DNA of 64,000 nucleotides from a virus: IMG/VR virus record IMGVR_UViG_3300028653_000010; one strand, 5' to 3'. Shown piece by piece: positions 31,462 to 39,769 of this stretch (position 1 is its first letter; each line of letters starts with the position of its first letter). The notes under the pieces were generated by a model. It saw only the letters and a program-made list of their open reading frames with translations, ran no database searches and was not told where the DNA came from. The position numbers and the translations under genes were made by a program.

Positions 31462-32057
31462 CCCAATCCGAGGTAGGTAGCTAACTCAACGTTCTCCGGA
31501 AAGTCGAATCGTTGTTCAGCTAGGCTGTCTTGGATAGTGATATCAGGACACAATTTGCATTGACGATCATAGAGGACAGTGTAGACAGCAGCCGCTAGAT
31601 TCACGCAATGTCGTGTGGGTATGACCACGAATCTATGGCAATGCTGCAGGTACATCTGCGGGATAGAGCCATCCTCAGGACCAAATAAGTAGATGGCGTT
31701 CTTCGGGTGATCAAACTGAGGAAGGCTCTCGGAGTTCGGTCGTAGCTCTACCGCTACCGGTACTACATCCTCGAACTGATCAAATACCCGGTCATAATGT
31801 CGAAGCTCGACGTCCCTGTACCCCTTCATACGCTCTTCACGAGGAAGACGCTTCGACCCTTTGAGACCAAGCTCCACTCGATCCCCTGTGAACCAAACTT
31901 GCTTGGCTCCATAACAAGAAGCCGCCCGTAAGGCGGCTCCAACATTATGCGGAAACTTAGGATTGATCAGTACAACAGAAGGGGTCACCCCTTGTGGCTT
32001 CGAGTTCTTACCATAAATCTCAGGAGTGGTACTCGCTGACGTACTTTGGGTCGACAT
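31458..32057 (-). CDS. SpoU/TrmH/TrmL-family SPOUT RNA 2'-O-methyltransferase
   Basis: 'NPKFPHNVGAALRA', 'FGPEDG', 'IP..VNLAAAV..VLYD'. Confidence 0.9.
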   Translation of the reverse strand: MSTQSTSASTTPEIYGKNSKPQGVTPSVVLINPKFPHNVGAALRAASCYGAKQVWFTGDRVELGLKGSKRLPREERMKGYRDVELRHYDRVFDQFEDVVPVAVELRPNSESLPQFDHPKNAIYLFGPEDGSIPQMYLQHCHRFVVIPTRHCVNLAAAVYTVLYDRQCKLCPDITIQDSLAEQRFDFPENVELATYLGLG

Positions 32058-32556
32058 AATCAGTCAACCATACACCATTACCTGTTAGGTAGAACTTGAT
32101 CCCTGCAGCTGACATGGACTTAGAATCAACCTTAAGGATTTTTGGGTCGGACCGGCGCGAGGCCACAACCTTAGCTGTCTCGAGATCCGGTGACATGTGC
32201 ACATGGTGTCGAAGCATCTTCTTGATGCCATCTCGAAGAACCACCGATACTGTTTGACGTGAAGTACCATGGTAGAGAGTATCCGGTGGGGTAGCCTCTG
32301 GGTACCCCAGATCCACTTCTACTGAGTGCCCTTGACGAGCTCGGATGAACATCCCGTTCTCGGAGAACTCGAATCGATTCTTGTTGTTCTCTGCTACGAC
32401 TTGGTTGAGTTCTTCTCGCTTGAGGTTCAAGGCCGAAAGAATAGACGATATTGGAGCCCAACCGGCTTCAGTGAGCGTAATACCTACTGAATCCGGTTCA
32501 TGACGGAGAACCTTACTCAGGTGCCTGCTCTTCTTGACTAAGGTCTTCTCGTCCAT
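32020..32556 (-). CDS. kptA: RNA 2'-phosphotransferase Tpt1/KptA
   Basis: 'LSKVLRH', 'KNRF', 'IRARQGHS', 'LYHGT', 'RHHVH', 'NGVWL'. Confidence 0.95.
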   Translation of the reverse strand: MDEKTLVKKSRHLSKVLRHEPDSVGITLTEAGWAPISSILSALNLKREELNQVVAENNKNRFEFSENGMFIRARQGHSVEVDLGYPEATPPDTLYHGTSRQTVSVVLRDGIKKMLRHHVHMSPDLETAKVVASRRSDPKILKVDSKSMSAAGIKFYLTGNGVWLTDYVDPKYVSEYHS

Positions 32557-32557
32557 T

Positions 32558-33961
32558 TCAGTCGCTTCCCTTAATATTAGCTACAGGATACAATCGATGG
32601 GCAACCTTCGCGATCTTGTTTGCCTCAAGAACATCCAAGACCTCATCGAGGTCCTTGTACACGTGCTCGCATTCATCCAATGGCGTGTGCTGGTGGTTTC
32701 CAACAATACCCTCAATGGACACTCCAGCAAACTCGCGCTTGACGGTCCTCATCTCATCGTCAATCCGGAGCTGCTCGGGCTCCAACTTCCTCTTGGCTTC
32801 ACCACGAGCCATCTTTCTACCAGATCCATGATTCACTGAGCAAGCAGTTTGGTAGGCCCCTGGTTCAGCAAACAGGATAGCAGCTCCATCCATCATTGAT
32901 CCCGGTATTAGACATGGGTGGCCGGTCTTCTCCCAGCGGGTCCCGATCAGTTCCGGGTGACCAGCTGGGAATGCTCGGGTTGCACCCTTCCGGTGAACGA
33001 ACCCCTTCTTCGTAGTACCATCCGGAAGTACCAGGGTTTCCTCTTGGACCAAGTTGTGAGAGATCTCGTAGTAAACTTCAGAGTCTGTGTTGAAGACCTC
33101 CTGAATTGACTCTTGAATCCCACGTACAATCAGATGCCTATTGGCGATAGCGAAGTTAGCGGCCGAATTATGGTATGCCCAGTACTCTCGCCCAAGAGGT
33201 TCGTCAATGTAAAGCCAGGAATCCTCTCGAGCATCTGGGTGGAGGTTCCGTAGCTTAGCCCCTTCGTAAAAGTAATGGTTTGCCGTATGCCACCCATACC
33301 CGCGGGATCCGCAATGGATCATGACGAATACTTCTCCAGTATCCCTGTCGACCTGCATCTCCACAAAGTGGTTACCCCCGCCAACAGAAGCTATATGGGG
33401 AAGCACCCTTGAGTAGGCACGATCAATCTTTGTAAGCTTAGTGTCATCCGGAATCGGTATGTAATGCCGCTCGCAGAGCTCCCGTGGCACCCCAATAGCC
33501 TTGGCACCGTATCGAAGAATGTCCTGCACCTGACGGCTATTGAAGGATGGACGCATATTAGGGACAAAAGAGTTCTTCCCCGTAGAGATCCGCTTCTCGA
33601 CCTCCTGAACCCACCGCTCCCGCTTATCCCAGCTCCTGACCGAATTAGCAGAGAGATTGACTTTCAAGTACAGAACCCCACAAGAGATGTCGTACCCTGA
33701 CCCAGCTTGGATGAGAGTTTTGTCCGTGATTAGGACACACCCAGTCGGAATGCCAAACCCAGGGTGGCAATCAGGCATCAAATAAGCACCAGTCACTCCA
33801 TCATAGGATGCTCCACTGGCAAGTTGCCTCCAAAGCTGCTCCTCAGAAGCCTCGAAGAGAGGTTCTGATATAAAAGCATGCGCCTCCACTTTCATCGTTC
33901 CGCAACGCGGAAGGACGTAATGGGCGTCACCGACTTTTTGAGCCTGATACTTGAAGGACAT
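32558..33961 (-). CDS. rtcB: RtcB RNA ligase
   Basis: 'MPDCH.GFGIP.G', 'GYDISCG', 'GGGNHFVE', 'HCGSRG', 'HRKGAT', 'HGSGR', 'YKD'. Confidence 0.96.
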   Translation of the reverse strand: MSFKYQAQKVGDAHYVLPRCGTMKVEAHAFISEPLFEASEEQLWRQLASGASYDGVTGAYLMPDCHPGFGIPTGCVLITDKTLIQAGSGYDISCGVLYLKVNLSANSVRSWDKRERWVQEVEKRISTGKNSFVPNMRPSFNSRQVQDILRYGAKAIGVPRELCERHYIPIPDDTKLTKIDRAYSRVLPHIASVGGGNHFVEMQVDRDTGEVFVMIHCGSRGYGWHTANHYFYEGAKLRNLHPDAREDSWLYIDEPLGREYWAYHNSAANFAIANRHLIVRGIQESIQEVFNTDSEVYYEISHNLVQEETLVLPDGTTKKGFVHRKGATRAFPAGHPELIGTRWEKTGHPCLIPGSMMDGAAILFAEPGAYQTACSVNHGSGRKMARGEAKRKLEPEQLRIDDEMRTVKREFAGVSIEGIVGNHQHTPLDECEHVYKDLDEVLDVLEANKIAKVAHRLYPVANIKGSD

Positions 33962-33970
33962 CTCAGTAAT

Positions 33971-33976
33971 TACACC
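33971..33976 (-). promoter_or_regulatory. Representative GGTGTA-N8-10-start motif (rtcB)
   Basis: Same motif and spacing before at least 11 minus-strand starts. Confidence 0.6.
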
Positions 33977-34029
33977 GGTTAGCGGTTCAGATTCTCTTTT
34001 GTGACCGCTGTTTTATGGGAGTACAGGCT

Positions 34030-34593
34030 TTACCTTGCAGGTTTACCCTTAGATTCAACCCTAGCCCAACGAATAGCACTGGAGGCTCTCATCTTTGCAC
34101 GAGCCTCATCCGAGTGATGTCTCCCACGTTGAGCTTCTGCCATCAAAGATCGTTGTTCTTCCGATTTAGGCTTAAGCCCTAACTCACGAATAAACTTCAA
34201 CCTACTAGGATCCTGCATTGCTTTACGTAACTTAGCTCTCGTTTCAGGGCTTCGAGTACAGCCCTCACTAGACACTGCCGAGCGGGACACGTTGTATTTC
34301 GGGGACAGAGTATCCAGTAGGGTCTGCTCTATTAACAATCTCTGTTGCTTGTCATCTATGAATGCAAGCCTAAAGAATACGAATGAATCCTCACCATATT
34401 TATTCCAAGCTGCCTGAAGGTGAGGTGAGTGGTGCTTACCACCCCTCAAGAGATGACGGTGGAGGTCGAATCTCTTTCTAAAATCAGTGGTACTCCCAAT
34501 ATAGCAATGGTGGTTAATCGTGTTGTGTATAGCGTAAACTCCTCCTAGAGGGTTTTTCTGAATAACATGTATCTTGTAGCACTCGCAAGTCAT
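34030..34593 (-). CDS. Free-standing GIY-YIG homing endonuclease with NUMOD3-like repeats
   Basis: 'GVY..YIGS', 'R..H', 'LQAAWNKYG', 'YN', 'SPETRAKL'. Confidence 0.9.
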   Translation of the reverse strand: MTCECYKIHVIQKNPLGGVYAIHNTINHHCYIGSTTDFRKRFDLHRHLLRGGKHHSPHLQAAWNKYGEDSFVFFRLAFIDDKQQRLLIEQTLLDTLSPKYNVSRSAVSSEGCTRSPETRAKLRKAMQDPSRLKFIRELGLKPKSEEQRSLMAEAQRGRHHSDEARAKMRASSAIRWARVESKGKPAR

Positions 34594-35159
34594 TAGCTTA
34601 CCCTAGAAGCTTTAAGCATACGAATGAACAAAACCCCTTGCTCAATGGCGTCATCAACCGCTACATGCGTGTGCTTAGGTAGACCGGTGAGCCACTCTTT
34701 AGGCATATTTTTCTTAGTGGTACCTCTGAAGTTAGCCCCTAGGATCGCCATAGCAAATGACTTCATGTCAAGCGCCGAGAAGCTAAACACACTAGACCCG
34801 ATGAACTTGATCAAGTACCAATGAACAAATGCAAAGTCGTATGTAGCTGGATACCCGACGAACACAGGACGTCCTGGCATCTTACCAACCCAACAGCCAC
34901 CTAAAGAGATGAGAGCCTCTTTAGGTGGCTGTTGGTTCTTACGACACTCCTCCCATTGCTTTGGTCTCTCGGACCACTACTTCATAGTATCTGGGTCGCC
35001 TTGCGCGCCCGGAAGAGTCTCCAAGTTGACTGAGAAGGTACCAACTCGCTTACCATCTGGTAAGTAAGCAGCAGATCCAAGACTGAGCATTGAATTAGGG
35101 CCCGGGATTGGTCCATCCGACTCAATGTCGGTTGATATGTATACTTCGTCATTAATCAT
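34593..35159 (-). pseudogene. DEDDh 3'-5' exoribonuclease-like gene with one in-frame TAG (34977-34979)
   Basis: N part '[12 protein letters not shown]' and C part 'ATYDFAF..HVAVDDAIEQ' lie in one frame, joined by 'DTMK*WSERPKQW'. Confidence 0.85.
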
Positions 35160-35179
35160 GGGTACGAAGTACACCAATG

Positions 35180-35208
35180 AAAAGGGCCCGGAGTTACCGA
35201 GCCCTTTC
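35180..35208 (-). terminator. Intrinsic terminator after the VWA gene
   Basis: AAAGGGCTCGG-TAACT-CCGGGCCCTTTT. Confidence 0.65.
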
Positions 35209-35227
35209 TGTCAATCACCCAAAGTGC

Positions 35228-36688
35228 TTACCATTGAGTAGTACGTCGTTTGGTCAATGGGGACCGAACTACTGGCTCTTCCTTTGGGGGTTCGATACCG
35301 ATTGCACCAAGCGGGTTATTGATGACTGCAGGCTCGACGGTGGGCTCTTGAAAGCTCCTCATCATACCATCCTGAGCACTTGTAGTGTCGCTAATCCCAA
35401 GGCTACAGAGCAGCTCAAGATCCTTATCTCCCATGGCTGAAGCGGCCCGAGCCCTATTCAACCCTCGATTCAAACCCATACGACTACCAGCGCTCTTGGC
35501 ATAGACGTGCTGATCTGTATACTTTGAACGAAGACTATGTGAAGCTGCAGCTACTCCACCTAGGCCACGTGCTGAGAAGTTGGCACTCATACTATCGAAG
35601 CAGAGTCCAGCAGTGGCATAGTCACCACGTTGAGCGGCCGCCTCAGCTTGATTCTGCACCTGAAGAAGCTGAGCCCGTGCTACCAACTCATCGACTTCCT
35701 TGGTCGGAGTAGTCTGCTCCTCACCAACTTTGACGAACTGAACCTTGGCGTTACCCTCAGCCGTTTCAATTTGCATCTTTCCATCAGCCCCGAGTACCTG
35801 ACAAGACAATTTGGCGCTAACAGCATTGACTTGACGTGGACCTGGATGCTTCTGAGCAGCAAGTTTGGCCTTGATGACAATGTCAATCGTCTCCTCGGAC
35901 AGGATGTGGGGGATCTTGATCCGAGCTTCACCGGTGATGATCTCCTCAACGTCAAAGTCTGAAACGATATCAAGTACTTGGTTACCTTCGTGCGGGGTCA
36001 GCTCGATGATCAGGTCCTGAGCATAGGTGCTTAGTAGACCACCAAGTTCCTTGCCGAAAGCCGCAAGAGCCGAGTCAGGGTCCTGGATGAAGGCATAGTT
36101 GCCAGCACCTTTTGTAGCCATGGCGTTCAACAACTCTTGGTTAGCATCAGAGCCATACCCAAAAGCTGAAACACTCGCGCGACCACGACTAGTTTCAACT
36201 AAACCAGCCAACCCATCCAATTGGGTCACACCAATGTTTGGCTGCCCGTCAGTGAATAGGATGATACGGGTGATCGTAGTATCACCAAGGTCTAGTCCAC
36301 TCACCATCTCTAGTGCCTTCATGAGGCCTCCGGAGAGGAAGGTGTTGCCGTAGTCTCGGTACCCGTCGACAACCTTCTTGGCTCGCGCCTTGGCATCCGG
36401 GGTCATCTTCTCAGCAGGAAAGTCAACCGTAGAGTCGGTAGCGAAGCTCACCAAACCAAAGGTATCGTCCGCCGTTAGGTGTTCAATCAGCTTGAGCAAT
36501 GACCTCTTCGTGTAGGCCATCTTCTCCCCGCGCATTGAACCCGATCGATCAACAGCTGGGATGATGCACAACGGAGGGCGATGGGTTTGCCAATCGCTCT
36601 TGGGTGCAGTGACGGATACCACCAAGTGCAGGTCGGTGGACTGGTCAAAACGAACTTTTTCAAACGTAAATTGCGGATTTAATAGCAT
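35228..36688 (-). CDS. von Willebrand factor A domain protein
   Basis: MIDAS 'DRSGSM', 'GNT', 'LFTDG', 'FGYG'. Confidence 0.9.
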   Translation of the reverse strand: MLLNPQFTFEKVRFDQSTDLHLVVSVTAPKSDWQTHRPPLCIIPAVDRSGSMRGEKMAYTKRSLLKLIEHLTADDTFGLVSFATDSTVDFPAEKMTPDAKARAKKVVDGYRDYGNTFLSGGLMKALEMVSGLDLGDTTITRIILFTDGQPNIGVTQLDGLAGLVETSRGRASVSAFGYGSDANQELLNAMATKGAGNYAFIQDPDSALAAFGKELGGLLSTYAQDLIIELTPHEGNQVLDIVSDFDVEEIITGEARIKIPHILSEETIDIVIKAKLAAQKHPGPRQVNAVSAKLSCQVLGADGKMQIETAEGNAKVQFVKVGEEQTTPTKEVDELVARAQLLQVQNQAEAAAQRGDYATAGLCFDSMSANFSARGLGGVAAASHSLRSKYTDQHVYAKSAGSRMGLNRGLNRARAASAMGDKDLELLCSLGISDTTSAQDGMMRSFQEPTVEPAVINNPLGAIGIEPPKEEPVVRSPLTKRRTTQW

Positions 36689-36770
36689 GATACATACTCT
36701 CGCTGAACGTGAGTGACGTTGGGATGCGGAGATTGGACACTCTCCCAAATCCAAACAGTTTCCGTTAAGT

Positions 36771-36889
36771 CCGAGACTTTGCCCAAGCTACTAAAGCGCG
36801 GCTACGTCTTTGAAAAAGAGACCCAAGCAGGGTGCCTGTAACCTTGAAGGGTTACTTCCAAGGGGTGACAAGCGTTAGCGCGGTCTCGG
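36771..36889 (-). ncRNA. Candidate structured leader RNA upstream of the VWA gene
   Basis: Closing stem CCGAGAC/GTCTCGG, internal GTAACC/GGTTAC hairpin; begins 10 nt after a GGTGTA motif. Confidence 0.4.
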
Positions 36890-37126
36890 TCACCCCTTAT
36901 ACACCGATAGTGGGTCGGGGAGTACCAAAATTATCTCGGTTGAGTCCAAAATAATTTGAACCAAGCACCGAATACAGCATGGCTCTATCTCGTGGTCGGA
37001 GAATTGAAGCATAGCTACCCTACGACCATGAATGAGATGCTCCCCGCACTGACAACAAGTCAGCTCTCGGCTCACAACTTCAATGGTTGCACGTCTAGTA
37101 AGCAAGGTGGCCTTTACTAAAGCCAC
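36890..37126 (-). CDS. Small Cys-rich (Zn-binding) protein
   Basis: 78 aa, CCxC...CCxxC. Confidence 0.5.
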   Translation of the reverse strand: MALVKATLLTRRATIEVVSRELTCCQCGEHLIHGRRVAMLQFSDHEIEPCCIRCLVQIILDSTEIILVLPDPLSVYKG

Positions 37127-37129
37127 CTC

Positions 37130-37168
37130 AAAAAAGGAAAGGAGGCCCCCAACCCCAGGGGACCTCCT
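37130..37168 (-). terminator. Intrinsic terminator
   Basis: AGGAGGTCCCC..GGGGGCCTCCT then TTCCTTTTTT. Confidence 0.8.
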
Positions 37169-37185
37169 CTACTCCAACTATGCGG

Positions 37186-37321
37186 CTTTGCCTCAAAAGG
37201 GTTGACTTTTGAATAAGTTCTATTACGCTGGAATCAGGTCTCATTCCTTCGACCAAAAGCGAGGGTTACGACCACTCGCTAAAGCCTCCGGTTAGGAGGG
37301 TCTCATACTTTTGAGGCAAAG
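37186..37321 (-). ncRNA. Candidate 136-nt multibranch ncRNA directly downstream of the HNH gene
   Basis: Perfect 14-bp closing stem CTTTGCCTCAAAAG/CTTTTGAGGCAAAG enclosing three hairpins, then a terminator. Confidence 0.55.
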
Positions 37322-37326
37322 AGCAA

Positions 37327-37890
37327 CTATGCAGCTGAAGGTGCTACTAAGTAGTACCCGTTCCCATGCTGTTGAGCACGAGACCAATCCAAGTAGGGCT
37401 CCCAAACGAGAGGCACCTTCCCTGAATCAAGATAGACCGCATGAAGTGGGAGTGCGTGCGGCTTGGTGGGCTTTCGAAGCAACCTCATCCCAGCCTGCTC
37501 TGGAGTACGACTTGTCTTGAGCTCGTTGCACGGATAGCAGCAAGTCACGATGTTTTCCCAGTTGGTCTTTCCACCTTGCTTGCGAGGGATGACGTGATCG
37601 TAGTTCAATTCGCGCATGGTCTTGCGCTCACCGCAGTACTGGCACTTGAAGCCATCACGAGTGAAGACGTTAATCCTGGAAAACTTAACACCCTTCTTCA
37701 TTGCAGCAACTGGCTGTCGGAGCTGGATGACCGCCGGGATAAAGTATGAGATTGAGGGTGAGCTAACTATCTCGTCATACTCTTCCAGAACGGTTACCTT
37801 CTCCTGGTAAACCAGGCAGATGGCATCATCCCACGTAAGGATCGCGTGGGGCATTGCCCAAGAATTCAGAAGCAGTGTTCGAGTTTCCAT
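37327..37890 (-). CDS. HNH endonuclease (McrA/HNH_5-like)
   Basis: 'RDGFKCQYCG', 'DHVIP..GG..WENIVTCC..CN..K'. Confidence 0.92.
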   Translation of the reverse strand: METRTLLLNSWAMPHAILTWDDAICLVYQEKVTVLEEYDEIVSSPSISYFIPAVIQLRQPVAAMKKGVKFSRINVFTRDGFKCQYCGERKTMRELNYDHVIPRKQGGKTNWENIVTCCYPCNELKTSRTPEQAGMRLLRKPTKPHALPLHAVYLDSGKVPLVWEPYLDWSRAQQHGNGYYLVAPSAA

Positions 37891-37899
37891 GGTGCACCT

Positions 37900-37923
37900 T
37901 TACCTTCGCCTTCGCCTTTTCAT
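37900..37923 (-). CDS. Putative leader peptide MKRRRRR (AGG/CGA codons)
   Basis: ATG AAA AGG CGA AGG CGA AGG TAA, GGAG SD upstream, stop 9 nt before the HNH start. Confidence 0.55.
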   Translation of the reverse strand: MKRRRRR

Positions 37924-37956
37924 GATGTTTCTCCAATGTGTTTTCACAGAACCATT

Positions 37957-37986
37957 AAACACCGAAGCCCCCGTTAGGAGGCTTCG
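37957..37986 (-). terminator. Hairpin/terminator after tmRNA
   Basis: CGAAGCCTCC-TAAC-GGGGGCTTCG then GTGTTT. Confidence 0.6.
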
Positions 37987-37987
37987 T

Positions 37988-38334
37988 TGGTGGAAATGCG
38001 GGGAATCGAACCCCGGTCCGTCAGTTGTCTGGTATCTCTCTCATTCACGTGCGTAGTCGAAGTATCCCCCTCGACTGAGTTCGTGGATTCGGCCTACGAC
38101 CTATCACCCTGTTTATCTCGCCACCTCACCGGGAGCCCGTGAGGTAAGCCAGCCTTGTGATTGGCAGCTCCTTCGATACCAAGACTATCTCTCTAGGAAC
38201 TGGTCGCGCGGTTTCTTAGGCCGCAGCGGCGATTGCATTGTCGTTCGCAATTAACGTTTCTCGATTGATGAGCGGTTCGAGAGCCGCTTACACGCAAGAG
38301 ATCCTTTCACCCAACGTCGAAACCGATCATTCCC
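37988..38334 (-). ncRNA. ssrA: tmRNA; tag peptide ANDNAIAAAA* at 38216-38248
   Basis: 5' GGGAATGATCGGTTTCGAC; 3' T-arm plus CATTTCCACCA; G3.U70; tag ORF GCG AAC GAC AAT GCA ATC GCC GCT GCG GCC TAA. Confidence 0.96.
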
Positions 38335-38395
38335 ATAAAGACGATGATTGCTACACATCCCAGTTAATGGTAATCACAACCATCGATTAGGATAA

Positions 38396-39169
38396 TCATA
38401 CCCCAGAAGATACACTAGGGTCAACCTTTTTCGACCAGTACCCTCGTGGTGGGGTGTTGATCCCCAAACGCCTACACCTCTTTTTGACAGCAGACCCAGA
38501 AACTCCGATCTCTTTAGCCAATCTATCTACTGGCATAGACCAGACCATAGTACTTAGGATTGAATTAGTTGGCCAAGAACCTTTCTCTTGGATTGCCCTG
38601 GGGCTGAACTTTGACCCGCAGGACGGACTACAAAATGAAATCATTTGAACCCCATTCGAATCAACCCTAGATACGATATCAACCCCGCAACCAGAGCACT
38701 TAGCGTGCACCAGAGTCTTCTTACGTACAGACGTGGGCTCCTGAGAGTGGCAGTTAGGGCATAAAAACCTAAGGTTACCTAACCTGCAATCACACCACAA
38801 GCCATTCTTGTGATCCACCTCTAACACCAACTTCTTGCCATTCCATTCAGGGCCAACCCCACAAGATGAGCATTGGTAGAGTACCCCGCTTTCGGTCATA
38901 GCGCGACGAAGCAATTTTGGTTTAGTTCTGTTCCTACCATCAGTAACAACCAGAACCTGACTAGGAGATAGCTTCTTATCGCTAGGTTTACCCTTATTAT
39001 GGGCTCTTCCACAGAAATGGGATGTGGACAGCCCTTGCTCAAGTATGGCCCGTTTAACAGCTACCCAAGCGGAGCCACTCCTGTACTGCAATCCAAGGTT
39101 ATGGACCACACCCAAGATCGATGTGCTCTTGGAAACCGCCGAAGCCAAAACATCCCGAGAGTAGGTCAT
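38396..39169 (-). CDS. HNH homing-type endonuclease with C-terminal HTH
   Basis: 'CSSCG..WNGKKLVLEVDHKNG..NLRFLCPNCHSQ'; paralog of 58957..59676. Confidence 0.9.
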   Translation of the reverse strand: MTYSRDVLASAVSKSTSILGVVHNLGLQYRSGSAWVAVKRAILEQGLSTSHFCGRAHNKGKPSDKKLSPSQVLVVTDGRNRTKPKLLRRAMTESGVLYQCSSCGVGPEWNGKKLVLEVDHKNGLWCDCRLGNLRFLCPNCHSQEPTSVRKKTLVHAKCSGCGVDIVSRVDSNGVQMISFCSPSCGSKFSPRAIQEKGSWPTNSILSTMVWSMPVDRLAKEIGVSGSAVKKRCRRLGINTPPRGYWSKKVDPSVSSGV

Positions 39170-39236
39170 AGGTATGGATAATGTACAAGACGTTTAGACA
39201 TCAACTACACCACCTAGCTAACTCACCTTTAGATAG

Positions 39237-39309
39237 TAGGAGACATGGGACTCGAACCCATCATCAACGCCGTGTCACAGCGTGCTCAACACCCGTCAAG
39301 AAGTCTCCC
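39237..39309 (-). tRNA. Atypical tRNA-Val(GAC) or tRNA-like RNA
   Basis: GGGAGAC/GTCTCCT stem, T-loop GTTCGAG, loop GT-GAC-AC; aberrant D-arm. Confidence 0.5.
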
Positions 39310-39312
39310 TCA

Positions 39313-39429
39313 GTAGGTCATGGAGGAATCGAACCCCTACGCCACCCGTTAATAGGACGGGCGCCGGTATACCACCCGGCTTTGCCTTTTAAATACCTCA
39401 CCAAGGGGACTTAAAAGGCAACATCCCAC
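39313..39429 (-). ncRNA. tRNA-like RNA with a long hairpin in place of the D-arm
   Basis: T-arm GGGGTTCGATTCCTC; hairpins TTGCCTTTTAA/TTAAAAGGCAA, GCCGG/CCGGC, CCCGT/ACGGG. Confidence 0.5.
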
Positions 39430-39481
39430 TGTCGGCCAAACCTTGGCCGACAGTGCACGCTGTGGTACGGTTGAACGTTCA

Positions 39482-39769
39482 ATGCCTCGCCACTTTGACT
39501 GCCAACGTTGCCTTATAGAAAATAGGCAGTACCGTCCCATCACGCACGCCATTCGCGAAGGCTCGCGGTGGAGTAGAGAAAACGCCTTTTGTCGAAACCA
39601 TGCTTACGCTGAAGCTCAAGAGCGCCACCTTGATAAGTCGTTAGTCATTTCCGTCACTGCGTGGCTCCCGCAGCGGAACCGAAAGGCTGAACAGGTAGAA
39701 TTGGCTGAGCTTCGGAATTCGTTCGCAACAGCACGCCCTTTACAAAATTGGTCAGTAAGAAATGGGTAA
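39482..39769 (+). CDS. Hypothetical Cys/His protein
   Basis: Plus-strand ORF MPRHFDCQRC...FCRNH. Confidence 0.45.
   Translation: MPRHFDCQRCLIENRQYRPITHAIREGSRWSRENAFCRNHAYAEAQERHLDKSLVISVTAWLPQRNRKAEQVELAELRNSFATARPLQNWSVRNG

Noticed and set aside
34030-34593. Group I intron housing the GIY-YIG gene
   Set aside because: It lies between genes rather than inside one, and the flanks have no room for intron structure.
35228-36688. Ro60/TROVE protein as partner of the Y-like RNAs
   Set aside because: The VWA domain is N-terminal and there is no TROVE helical domain.
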